A DNA stretch of 20,000 nucleotides from an uncultured virus (IMG/VR IMGVR_UViG_3300025674_000026) (Duplodnaviria > Heunggongvirae > Uroviricota > Caudoviricetes): the IMG/VR virus record IMGVR_UViG_3300025674_000026. One strand, 5' to 3'. How positions within the stretch are numbered: the stretch's first letter is position 1; each line of letters starts with the position of its first letter. The notes under the pieces are model-generated. The model was given only the letters and a program-made list of their open reading frames with translations. It was not told where the DNA came from and searched no databases. The position numbers and the translations under genes are program-made. This document shows positions 8,751 through 17,562 of the stretch, in pieces.

Positions 8751-9367
8751 AGTATCAGTTTCTTAATCCTTTTGGTCCAAATATCTTGAAACTTAAGTGT
8801 CCAGATTACTTATTGTCTGGACTAAATCGATATACTGAGTCTCCAGCGTCAGAAAAATATCGTGTTTCTTCAGATCTCTTGGAAAGAGAGATGGATGTTA
8901 GGTATCTGACTGAGAGTTTTTGTAAGTCTGTAGGACTCACCGAGTTTGTTGAAGCTGCTGGTGAACTTTATATGGATTTGGTTCCAGAGAACATATCTAA
9001 ATTAGTATTGGGTGTTGTACCTCCTGTAGACACTCGGTTCAAGGCTAGTGAATCTATTGCTGATGTGTGGATCAATAGATATTATTCTGGAAGTTTCACA
9101 CCAATTCATGTACACTCTGCCAGCTTGTCTGGTATAATAATATTAAAAGTACCTGATCGTCCTGGTGACCTTAGTTTTATTCATGGAAACTATCTTCCTT
9201 GGGTTAAGAGTGAGTGGTGCCCAGACCAAGAGGTGGGAGATGTAATTCTATTTCCTAGTTGGCTTCAACATCTAGTTATGCCACAAAATCATGATGATGA
9301 GAGGAGAACTCTAAGTTTCAATCTTATCGAACCAAAAGTTTATTCTGAACGAAAGGAGATGTTCTAA
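8747..9367 (+). CDS. Putative 2OG-Fe(II) oxygenase (HxH type; start likely 8747)
   Basis: WINRY, PIHVHS, LFPSWLQHLV, RRTLSFN; ATGA overlap at 8747. Confidence 0.8.
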   Translation: MKYQFLNPFGPNILKLKCPDYLLSGLNRYTESPASEKYRVSSDLLEREMDVRYLTESFCKSVGLTEFVEAAGELYMDLVPENISKLVLGVVPPVDTRFKASESIADVWINRYYSGSFTPIHVHSASLSGIIILKVPDRPGDLSFIHGNYLPWVKSEWCPDQEVGDVILFPSWLQHLVMPQNHDDERRTLSFNLIEPKVYSERKEMF

Positions 9368-9370
9368 TCT

Positions 9371-10372
9371 ATGGATTTTTTGAAAGATATTGCCAAAGAG
9401 ATTGGTGGTGAGTATACACAACTCGCAGCAGACATTGATGAAAATGAGGAGTATGTTGACACGGGTTCGTACATTTTTAATGCACTGGTTTCAGGTAGCA
9501 TATTTGGTGGTGTATCTCGCAATAAGATTACTGCTATTGCTGGAGAGTCTTCTACTGGAAAGACTTTCTTTTCTCTCGCTGTGGTTAAGAATTTTCTTGA
9601 TTCTAACCCCGATGGTTATTGTCTCTACTTTGATACTGAGGCCGCTATTAATAAATCCTTACTTGAGTCTAGGGGTATTGACCTCACTCGGTTAGTTGTA
9701 GTTAATGTTGTTACAGTTGAAGAATTTAGAGGTAAAGCCTTAAAGGCGGTTGATATATACTTAAAGAAACCTGTAGATGAACGCAAACCTTGTATGTTTG
9801 TGTTAGACTCCTTGGGAATGCTTTCCACTGAGAAGGAGATTACTGACGCACTGAACGACAAACAAGTTCGCGATATGACCAAATCACAACTGGTCAAAGG
9901 TGCATTCAGAATGTTGACTTTGAAACTGGGACAGGCAAACATTCCCATGATTGTCACTAACCACACCTACGATGTCATTGGTGCTTACGTTCCTACTAAA
10001 GAGATGGGCGGTGGTAGCGGTCTTAAGTACGCTGCCTCTACCATCATTCATCTTGGCAAGAAAAAAGAAAAGGATGGAACAGAAGTCATTGGAAACATTA
10101 TCAAGGCAAAGACTGCTAAGTCGCGTTTGAGTAAAGAAGAGAAGGTTGTTGAGATTCGTTTGTTCTATGATGAACGGGGTCTTGATAGATATTACGGTCT
10201 CCTAGAATTGGGAGAGATTGGTGGACTTTGGAAAAACTCTGCAGGTCGGTATGAATTTGATGGGAAAAAGATCTACGCAAAACAAATCCTGGCAGCGCCC
10301 GAGAAATACTTTACGGATGATGTTATGGAAAAACTTGATGAGATTGCAAGAAAAACCTTTGCATATGGATAA
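9371..10372 (+). CDS. uvsX: UvsX RecA-like recombinase
   Basis: GESSTGKT Walker A, YFDTE, VLDSLG, NHTY, MGGGSGLKYAAS. Confidence 0.96.
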   Translation: MDFLKDIAKEIGGEYTQLAADIDENEEYVDTGSYIFNALVSGSIFGGVSRNKITAIAGESSTGKTFFSLAVVKNFLDSNPDGYCLYFDTEAAINKSLLESRGIDLTRLVVVNVVTVEEFRGKALKAVDIYLKKPVDERKPCMFVLDSLGMLSTEKEITDALNDKQVRDMTKSQLVKGAFRMLTLKLGQANIPMIVTNHTYDVIGAYVPTKEMGGGSGLKYAASTIIHLGKKKEKDGTEVIGNIIKAKTAKSRLSKEEKVVEIRLFYDERGLDRYYGLLELGEIGGLWKNSAGRYEFDGKKIYAKQILAAPEKYFTDDVMEKLDEIARKTFAYG

Positions 10373-10910
10373 TTTTATCCGTACATGTGAAGTGTTTGAT
10401 GAAATTACTTGCAAGACTATCATTGATATCTTCGAATCTTCTGAAAACAAGGAGCGTGTAGATAACTTTGGTAGGCCTAATTTTACCCAAGTCAATATGA
10501 ATGCCGAGGGTAAGTATAGTAAGTTCATTCAAGTTCTTTGTTATAAGTTTGTAGATGTCCTTAAACAGTATAAGGAAAATCTACCAGAGTATGTTGAATG
10601 GTTTCCTCATAAAATATACTTTGAAGAACTTAGAATCAAAAAATATGAGCCTGGATCTGATGACATGTTCGATTTGCATGTTGATGTTCAGGATCATTCA
10701 TCTGCAAAGAGGTATCTGTCTTTCCTTTGCTATCTGAATGATAGTTTCTTCGGAGGAGAGACGGATTTTCCTTACAACAAATTGACAGTAAAACCAAAAA
10801 CTGGTACAGTGTTAGTCTTCCCACCAACATGGCAGTATCCTCATAGGGGACTGCCAGTTAAGGAAGGTGATCCTAAGTACATCTTAAGTACATACCTTCA
10901 CTATAATTAA
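10365..10910 (+). CDS. Prolyl-4-hydroxylase-like 2OG-Fe(II) oxygenase (start likely 10365)
   Basis: LHVD, YLND..GGET.F, FPPTWQYPHRG, KY; upstream extension in the track overlaps uvsX and is implausible. Confidence 0.85.
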   Translation: MDNFIRTCEVFDEITCKTIIDIFESSENKERVDNFGRPNFTQVNMNAEGKYSKFIQVLCYKFVDVLKQYKENLPEYVEWFPHKIYFEELRIKKYEPGSDDMFDLHVDVQDHSSAKRYLSFLCYLNDSFFGGETDFPYNKLTVKPKTGTVLVFPPTWQYPHRGLPVKEGDPKYILSTYLHYN

Positions 10911-12289
10911 TGGAATCTATTGAAAAGTCAGTAATAAGGAACCTCATTCTTAACGAGGACTATACTCGGAGGGTTCTTCCTTTTATTAAGGCTGAATATT
11001 TTGACAACACTTGTGAGAAGGTGTTGTTCGAAGAGTGTTCAAAGTTTATTCAGGAGTACAATAAGTGTGCTACTAAAGAGGTTCTGAATATTGAGTGTGA
11101 AAAGAGAAAAGATCTGAACGATGAGACTTACAAGAACATCGTTGAGTATCTTGATCAGATTGGAGAAGATTCTTCTAATACTGATTGGTTACTTGATGTC
11201 ACTGAGAAGTGGTGTCGTGATCGTGCCATCTATCTAGCACTGGTTGAAAGTATTTCCATTGCAGATGGAAATGATGAGAAGAAAAATGTGGATGCAATTC
11301 CTGCTATTCTCTCTGATGCCTTGGCAGTTAGTTTTGATAATCACGTAGGACATGACTATCTCGCAGACTATTCGGAGCGATATGATTTTTATCATCAAAA
11401 GGAAGAAAAGATTCCCTTTGATCTTGAATTCTTTAACAAGATTACGAAAGGTGGTCTTCCTAACAAGACTCTCAATGTCGCTCTTGCTGGCACTGGTGTC
11501 GGAAAAAGTCTTTTCATGTGCCATATGGCTGCTTCCGTTCTCCTTTCAGGAAGGAATGTATTGTACATCACGGCTGAGATGGCTGAGGAAAAAATTGCAG
11601 AGAGAATTGATGCAAACTTACTCAACATCCCAGTACAACAATTAGCCGATGTTCCCTTACAAATGTTTGAGAATAAGGTAACAAACCTGGCAAAGAAGAC
11701 TCAGGGGACCCTAATTATTAAAGAGTACCCCACGGCTTCTTCTCATGTTGGACACTTTAGGGCACTTCTTAATGAACTTGCACTTAAGAAGTCATTTAAA
11801 CCTGATATTATTTTTGTTGATTACCTTAATATATGTGCTTCCTCACGATATCGCGGTAATCTTTCTGTCAATTCATACAGCTATATTAAAGCGATTGCAG
11901 AGGAGTTACGAGGGTTGGCTGTTGAGGCAAACGTCCCTATCGTATCTGCCACGCAGACCACTCGCTCTGGTTATAATAGCAGTGATGTTGACCTTACTGA
12001 TACTAGTGAATCCTTTGGCCTTCCTGCTACTGCTGATCTTATGTTTGCCCTTATTAGCACCGAAGAACTTGAGTCCCTAGGTCAAATTATGGTGAAACAA
12101 CTTAAGAATCGATACAACGATATCTCCATAAACAAGAGGTTCGTGGTTGGGATCGATCGAGCAAAGATGAAACTGTATGATTGTGAACAGTCTGCTCAGA
12201 ATGATATTCTTGACAGTGGTCAAGATGAAGAGTATAATTACGAAGAAGATAAAAAGTCCAAGAACAAATTTGCAACCCTGAACTTCTGA
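10910..12289 (+). CDS. gp41: Replicative DNA helicase (T4 gp41, DnaB-like)
   Basis: LAGTGVGKS, EMAEE, IKEYPT, FVDYL, SATQT.R, KNRY. Confidence 0.97.
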   Translation: MESIEKSVIRNLILNEDYTRRVLPFIKAEYFDNTCEKVLFEECSKFIQEYNKCATKEVLNIECEKRKDLNDETYKNIVEYLDQIGEDSSNTDWLLDVTEKWCRDRAIYLALVESISIADGNDEKKNVDAIPAILSDALAVSFDNHVGHDYLADYSERYDFYHQKEEKIPFDLEFFNKITKGGLPNKTLNVALAGTGVGKSLFMCHMAASVLLSGRNVLYITAEMAEEKIAERIDANLLNIPVQQLADVPLQMFENKVTNLAKKTQGTLIIKEYPTASSHVGHFRALLNELALKKSFKPDIIFVDYLNICASSRYRGNLSVNSYSYIKAIAEELRGLAVEANVPIVSATQTTRSGYNSSDVDLTDTSESFGLPATADLMFALISTEELESLGQIMVKQLKNRYNDISINKRFVVGIDRAKMKLYDCEQSAQNDILDSGQDEEYNYEEDKKSKNKFATLNF

Positions 12290-12290
12290 T

Positions 12291-12695
12291 ATGAACATTG
12301 ATTTTGAACGCTATCAAAAATTTGTTGATGCGGTTACTAGCGACGCCTCTACTGATTTTCTCGCTCTTTCTGACCGTCTTGTCGAACTTGACGAGAAGGG
12401 TGCCAATATTGAGCGACTACTTACTGCGGGTGTTGGTATTAATGCTGAAGGTGGGGAGTTTCTTGAAATCATCAAGAAGATGGTTTTCCAAGGAAAACCT
12501 TGGAACGACGCTAACCGTGATCATCTTATTATTGAACTCGGTGATCTTATGTGGTACGTTGCTCAAGCCTGCATGGCACTCGAAGTTTCCTTTGATGATG
12601 TGATTGCAACTAACGTAAAAAAGTTGGAAAAACGTTACCCTGGTGGATCTTTTGATGTCTATTATTCTGAAAATCGTGTGGAGGGAGACCTGTGA
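12291..12695 (+). CDS. mazG: MazG-like nucleotide pyrophosphohydrolase
   Basis: E-GGE...KK, ELGDLMWY, N..KL.KRY; position after gp41. Confidence 0.92.
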   Translation: MNIDFERYQKFVDAVTSDASTDFLALSDRLVELDEKGANIERLLTAGVGINAEGGEFLEIIKKMVFQGKPWNDANRDHLIIELGDLMWYVAQACMALEVSFDDVIATNVKKLEKRYPGGSFDVYYSENRVEGDL

Positions 12696-12865
12696 TTAAT
12701 ATTGAAATGAGTGCAAGATCTGCCGCGGCAGTTCTACAAGTTCTTTCCAAAGAACAAGAACGATACACCCATGATTCTTCTTGTGTTCCCGAACGAATCA
12801 CAGAGATCCGAGGAGTTATGGTTAGTATTAGTGAACAAATTGAAGGAGAACTAGCGGGGGATTGA
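12692..12865 (+). CDS. Small hypothetical protein (57 aa, GTG start, not in track)
   Basis: Hand-translated MINIEMSARSAAAVLQVLSKEQERYTHDSSCVPERITEIR...; GTGA overlap with mazG; SD GGAGGG. Confidence 0.7.
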   Translation: MINIEMSARSAAAVLQVLSKEQERYTHDSSCVPERITEIRGVMVSISEQIEGELAGD

Positions 12866-12867
12866 TA

Positions 12868-12987
12868 ATGGAAAGTGCAGTCCACGCTTGGAACACTATG
12901 TCCTATGCTGAAGGAGCACTGTTCTCCCTCTGGGTCATCGGTATGTATTACATCAAACTTAAAATGGATAGGAGATTTGGTCGATGA
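12868..12987 (+). CDS. Small putative single-TM protein (39 aa, not in track)
   Basis: MESAVHAWNTMSYAEGALFSLWVIGMYYIKLKMDRRFGR; hydrophobic core followed by basic tail; ATGA overlap with next ORF. Confidence 0.65.
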   Translation: MESAVHAWNTMSYAEGALFSLWVIGMYYIKLKMDRRFGR

Positions 12988-13193
12988 AGATTCTCACACT
13001 TGAAGACTATCAAAAGGCAGGAGAATCATTCTGGCCTAAGTATTGGTACGTTGCCAAAGAATTGGGTGAAGGTGCTAAGGCAGAAGACATCCTAAAGGTC
13101 ATGGAAGCAGTTGGTGGTGTTGCTCTAAAACTTGCATTGGAAGAGAAAGAGGCACCCTTTGGATTTAATAAGAAGTCCAAAGAAGAAGACTAA
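12984..13193 (+). CDS. Small hypothetical protein (69 aa)
   Basis: SD AGGAG; ORF in contiguous chain. Confidence 0.8.
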   Translation: MKILTLEDYQKAGESFWPKYWYVAKELGEGAKAEDILKVMEAVGGVALKLALEEKEAPFGFNKKSKEED

Positions 13194-13199
13194 TAAATA
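13192..13199 (+). promoter_or_regulatory. T4-type late promoter
   Basis: AATAAATA vs T4 gp55 consensus TATAAATA, directly upstream of a gene. Confidence 0.7.
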
Positions 13200-13220
13200 C
13201 CCCCGTAAGGGGGTTTTCTT
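13199..13220 (+). terminator. Terminator hairpin overlapping late promoter and SD
   Basis: ACCCCC-GTAA-GGGGGT (GNRA loop) followed by TTTCTT. Confidence 0.7.
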
Positions 13221-14318
13221 ATGGCTAAGTTAAACGAAGGCGACGTAATGGAAGGTATCTTTGCCATTTGCCTTGCCGACATCTTTGCACATAATAGTAT
13301 CAATAAAGGAAACGTCAATAAAATTAGAAGAGAAATTGATCCAGAACTTTTTAGAGACGGTAGTTTCAGTAAAGAAGTTTGGAGAGTTAAAGATGGATCT
13401 CCGAAAGATAATATCGGAGTCACTTTAAATATGAGATTAAAGTATAACTCTACTTTTGAAGCCTTTGGTGCAAACTACGAACCCTTATATGAATCTAGTA
13501 ATGATATTGGTAACCTAGACAAGAAGATTAATACCTTGGTTTCATATGTCAATACACACTATGCCTCTAAGGTGAGGAGAGTAAAGGATACCTACTTAAA
13601 GAATAATCAAGCTGATGAAGTTAATATTGTAATCAATGCCGATGGAATTGCTGGTGAGTCATCTGGTGGAAACATCAAAGGGGATTTGATGGTAACAGTA
13701 TTCATCAATGATGTTAGACAAATGGATACTGAAATGGTATTCTCTTTGAAGTCTGGTAGTAAAACACTAGCTAACCTGAGTCCTTATAATGGTATGAAAG
13801 ATGTTATTGGTAGGTTTGGCGTTCAACTTGACTCTGCTGATGATGTAAAATTTACAAATTATCTTGGTGATCAACTTAAACAGGCTAAAACTCCTCATGA
13901 AAAGAAACTCAAGGTTAAGTTGATCAATGAAATGTATGGTAAAATGTTGAAAGGAATAAAGAGTCAACCAAAGACGGGTCCATTTGTTGCTGCAACATTT
14001 AAACTTTTTAGAGACGTTACTTTCGGTGAGGATTTGGCAGACGTTGTTGATATTGATAAGACTAAGATTAAAGAAATGATCCCAGAGTACATTGATCAAC
14101 TAGAACAAGAAACTACAAGTATTAAAACAGTAATGAAACCAGCAAACGGAAAAGGTTCTAATGTTACTTTAAAGTTTCATATGATGCCCTCTGATAAGGA
14201 ATTATTTCAGTTGAGATTTAAACAGAGAGTAGATGGGTTGGGGGATGATTTTAAAATTAAGGAATTGAAATTTTATGTTGAAGCTGGTGCAGGTGCTTAT
14301 GCACCAAAACTAAAATAA
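13221..14318 (+). CDS. Hypothetical protein, possible PD-(D/E)XK nuclease fold
   Basis: EG..EG near N-terminus, IKGDLMV and FSLKSG motifs; ORF certain, function inferred. Confidence 0.5.
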   Translation: MAKLNEGDVMEGIFAICLADIFAHNSINKGNVNKIRREIDPELFRDGSFSKEVWRVKDGSPKDNIGVTLNMRLKYNSTFEAFGANYEPLYESSNDIGNLDKKINTLVSYVNTHYASKVRRVKDTYLKNNQADEVNIVINADGIAGESSGGNIKGDLMVTVFINDVRQMDTEMVFSLKSGSKTLANLSPYNGMKDVIGRFGVQLDSADDVKFTNYLGDQLKQAKTPHEKKLKVKLINEMYGKMLKGIKSQPKTGPFVAATFKLFRDVTFGEDLADVVDIDKTKIKEMIPEYIDQLEQETTSIKTVMKPANGKGSNVTLKFHMMPSDKELFQLRFKQRVDGLGDDFKIKELKFYVEAGAGAYAPKLK

Positions 14319-14324
14319 TAAATA
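14317..14324 (+). promoter_or_regulatory. T4-type late promoter
   Basis: AATAAATA 25 nt upstream of ATG 14350. Confidence 0.7.
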
Positions 14325-14349
14325 CTAGTATCGGAGAGTACTATTAGTA

Positions 14350-15621
14350 ATGAAGAGTTTTTCGCAATTCCTCAGCGAAGCTGTAAAGACTAATGCATCC
14401 ACGCAAGCCAAACAAAAAGGTTTGGTTGGTGATGGACATGGCGGCTGGTACGATAAGAAGGGCAAGTTTGTCGCTAAGACTGTAGATGGTAAGTTAAAGT
14501 TTACTAGTTCTAAGGGGGCTGCTGAAGATGATGCACCAAAGCAAGGCGGTCCTGCTAAGCCTAATGTGCCAGGGAAAACTAAGAGTGGGTCTTCTGCACC
14601 CACTCCACAGTCTGCCAAGCCAAAGGCACAACCCGAGACGGATGTTGCTAAAACGCCAGAACCTGGGGACCCAGGGAAACAATCAGCGGAGGTAATGGGA
14701 CAACCAACCTCAGATGGGGTTGTAATTGTATTTGGTAGATTCAATCCTCCTACAGTTGGGCATGAAAAACTTCTGAAGTTTGCTGGTGGTGAAGCAAAGA
14801 GAAATGGATTTGATCTGAGAGTCTATCCAAGCCGTAGTGCAGATGCTAAGAAGAATCCACTACAACCTGGAACTAAGATTGAGTACATGAAGAAGATGTT
14901 CCCTGACTATCAGGAGGATATCAAGGATGATCCAAACGCAAAAACTATCTTTGACGTTTTAACTGCTTGTTTTGATCTTGGATATAAAGCGGTAACTATT
15001 GTAGTTGGTCAAGATAGACTATCTGAGTTCCAAAGTCTTGCACAGAAATACAATGGAGATCTCTACGATTTCGAAGAGATAGTAGTTGTTTCTGCAGGAG
15101 CAAGAGACGCAGACTCTGAAGGTCTTGAGGGTATGTCTGCATCTAAGATGAGAAAGGCTGCTGCAGACAATGACTTCAAAGCCTTTGCGAAAGGTATTCC
15201 AAACATCGGTAACGTTGAGAAGAAACAACTCTTCAATACCCTACAGAAGAGTATGGGTGTGACTGTTTCTGAGACCTGGGAGATTGCTCCTAAGTTGGAT
15301 CCTCAGGGACTCAGATCTGCATACATGAATGAAGTTATTTTTAAAGTCGGTGCCTTAGTGGAGAATGTAAACACTGGAGAGTGTGGTAGAATTACTAGAA
15401 GAGGCACTAACTATGTTATCTGCATGACCTCTGAAGGGACTATGTTTAAGTCCTGGTTGAGAGATTTGGTAGAAGCATATGAGGTGGGGACTGATGAATA
15501 TAGAGAGTATGCACAAGCATTCACTCCTGGTCAGTCTATTAAAAAATTTGGACAACCAAAGAAAAGAATCAAACCCACTATCACTCCACCTAAACCAAAC
15601 GATCCCCCACATTCTATATGA
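14350..15621 (+). CDS. Cytidyltransferase-family nucleotidyltransferase with capsid-targeting-like N-terminus and extra domains
   Basis: FGRFNPPTVGH, KNPL, VVGQDR, MSASKMR; N-terminus MKSFSQFLSE; P/K/A linker; beta-rich C-terminal domain. Confidence 0.85.
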   Translation: MKSFSQFLSEAVKTNASTQAKQKGLVGDGHGGWYDKKGKFVAKTVDGKLKFTSSKGAAEDDAPKQGGPAKPNVPGKTKSGSSAPTPQSAKPKAQPETDVAKTPEPGDPGKQSAEVMGQPTSDGVVIVFGRFNPPTVGHEKLLKFAGGEAKRNGFDLRVYPSRSADAKKNPLQPGTKIEYMKKMFPDYQEDIKDDPNAKTIFDVLTACFDLGYKAVTIVVGQDRLSEFQSLAQKYNGDLYDFEEIVVVSAGARDADSEGLEGMSASKMRKAAADNDFKAFAKGIPNIGNVEKKQLFNTLQKSMGVTVSETWEIAPKLDPQGLRSAYMNEVIFKVGALVENVNTGECGRITRRGTNYVICMTSEGTMFKSWLRDLVEAYEVGTDEYREYAQAFTPGQSIKKFGQPKKRIKPTITPPKPNDPPHSI

Positions 15622-16172
15622 TACCTGAAGGACTGATTTATACTAATCTCTTTGAAATTAAAATCTTCAAGTACACAATCCCAGATTGGCAAACAAAGAA
15701 AAAAGTTATTCTAGATCTAGTAAATGAGACTGGACTAACTTACAACATTGGTTGTGAAACGGATTTCTTTACTGGTAAGGGACGAGCGCCTTATTTTGAT
15801 AAGTGGTACGATCTTTTAAAAGAAGATCTTGATAAGGTGCTTCCTACTTTTGGGTTGCCTCTTGCCTCTCCAGAAACTTGGCAGATTTGGACACAAACAT
15901 ATCATCGTGGAGATTACCATTCTTTCCACAATCATGGAACAGCAAATCTTTCTGCAGTCTTATACTTGGAGTTTGATCCTAACGAACATCAAACCACAGT
16001 ATTCACTAGTCCATATCCAGATCCTTTCTTCGGAACTTTGTTTGATCGTAATGTTCCAGATGTTCGGGAAGGTGATATTATTTTCTTCCCAGCAATGTTA
16101 GGACACCAATGTGTTCCACAGACTTCTGATAAACCTAGAACTGTCATGTCTTTCAATATACCGCTTACATAA
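15618..16172 (+). CDS. Putative 2OG-Fe(II) oxygenase (HxH type)
   Basis: IWTQ, HSFHNHG, SAVLYL, FFPAMLGH, RTVMSFN. Confidence 0.8.
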   Translation: MIPEGLIYTNLFEIKIFKYTIPDWQTKKKVILDLVNETGLTYNIGCETDFFTGKGRAPYFDKWYDLLKEDLDKVLPTFGLPLASPETWQIWTQTYHRGDYHSFHNHGTANLSAVLYLEFDPNEHQTTVFTSPYPDPFFGTLFDRNVPDVREGDIIFFPAMLGHQCVPQTSDKPRTVMSFNIPLT

Positions 16173-16175
16173 ATA
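16168..16175 (+). promoter_or_regulatory. T4-type late promoter
   Basis: CATAAATA 34 nt upstream of ATG 16210. Confidence 0.65.
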
Positions 16176-16209
16176 AATCTAGGAAAAGCAGTCTTTTGTT
16201 GAAAAACCC

Positions 16210-17559
16210 ATGGCCGATAAGAACCTAGAGGACCTTTATAAGTCTATTTACGAAAAGAAAGCAGACAAAGATTACGACGGTGACGGTAAAGTTGAGAGCG
16301 GTTCTAAGGAACATGCAGGTGCCGTTCACAATGCAATCCAAAAAAAGAAAGGTCTGAAGCCTGATGGTCAAGACACCCGTAAAGAAGAGGTAGAAGAATA
16401 CGTTGATTTCCTTATTGATGAGGGATACGACTGCTCTGAACTCACATGGGAAGACATGTTTGAAGAGTATGAGTCTCTAGATGAGGGTCTTCGCTCTGCA
16501 GTTAAGAGACTTCTTGGTAAGAAGGAAGCTCCTGCTGAGAAGAAACCTGAGAGCAGAGGCGAACAACTGCGTAAGAAGTATAACGTTGGTCCTGAGAAGT
16601 CTGACACTTCTGCCAAGAGACAGATCCTTGATCGCACTCGTGCTAAGAAAGAGAGAGATCAGAAGGAGTATGGTGGTTCTCACTACTCCAAGTCTGTTGC
16701 TAAGAAGTCTGCTGATGCACATGACCGTTACCTTAGAGCAGGTTACAGCAAGTATGGTGCTGATGACCGCCGTGGTAGTGGTAACAAAGCACGCAAGAGA
16801 GCAGAAGCACTTAAGAAGGAAGACCTAGAAATGACTGGGTTATTCCTAGATTGGGAAATCGATACAATCCTAGAAGTCTTCAACGAAGGTGTACGTGACA
16901 CCGATCCCGAAAAGGGAACTGCTGAACGCAAGGAGCGTCTTGAGAAGAAAAGAGGAATGAAACTTGATGATCATCCTCAGTATAAAAAGGAAGAAACTGA
17001 GTATGTAGACGAGAACCGTCGTGCTGCCCGTGCTGCTGGTGGTTCCAAGGATGATTCCAAGAAACAACCAGATCCTTCCAAGGATGGATTCACTGGTATG
17101 GGTAACATGAGCATCGACCAGATTCGTAAGATGTCTGCTCGTATTGAGAAAGAGAAGACTAAGAAAGAAGAAGTAGAACATGTAGAAGAAGGAATGAAGG
17201 CAGCGCGTGATAACGTCGGTGCTTCTACCTGCTGGGATGGTTACGAAGCAAAGGGAACCAAGAACAAAGGTGGTAAGGAAGTTCCTAACTGCGTGAAGAA
17301 GGAAGAGACCTCCTGGGCAACTCGTTCTAAGGTTGAGTTCTCCAAACCAGAAGTGGTTGAAGAAGAGGGCATTTCTGAAGAGCAGATCAAAGAAGTTGCA
17401 CCTGCAATCGCTGCTGCTTTGCCTGCATTGAAAGGTGCTGCAATGAGAGTTGCTGCATCCCAAACTGCTAGAGTGGCTGCAAAACAAGTTGGTAAGTCTG
17501 CTGTAAAGGGTGCCGCAAACAAACTCTCTCAGAAATTAAATCCTGGTGAGGAGGCTTGA
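16210..17559 (+). CDS. Highly charged modular protein, putative virion-internal polyprotein
   Basis: 449 aa ORF; basic modules separated by EEYESLDE, LEVFNE, EETEYVDE, EEVEHVEE, EEQIKE. Confidence 0.7.
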   Translation: MADKNLEDLYKSIYEKKADKDYDGDGKVESGSKEHAGAVHNAIQKKKGLKPDGQDTRKEEVEEYVDFLIDEGYDCSELTWEDMFEEYESLDEGLRSAVKRLLGKKEAPAEKKPESRGEQLRKKYNVGPEKSDTSAKRQILDRTRAKKERDQKEYGGSHYSKSVAKKSADAHDRYLRAGYSKYGADDRRGSGNKARKRAEALKKEDLEMTGLFLDWEIDTILEVFNEGVRDTDPEKGTAERKERLEKKRGMKLDDHPQYKKEETEYVDENRRAARAAGGSKDDSKKQPDPSKDGFTGMGNMSIDQIRKMSARIEKEKTKKEEVEHVEEGMKAARDNVGASTCWDGYEAKGTKNKGGKEVPNCVKKEETSWATRSKVEFSKPEVVEEEGISEEQIKEVAPAIAAALPALKGAAMRVAASQTARVAAKQVGKSAVKGAANKLSQKLNPGEEA

Positions 17560-17562
17560 TAA

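Noticed and set aside
10218..10364. Long N-terminal extension of the oxygenase overlapping uvsX
   Set aside because: 155 nt overlap with a conserved gene; ATG 10365 gives a normal-sized domain
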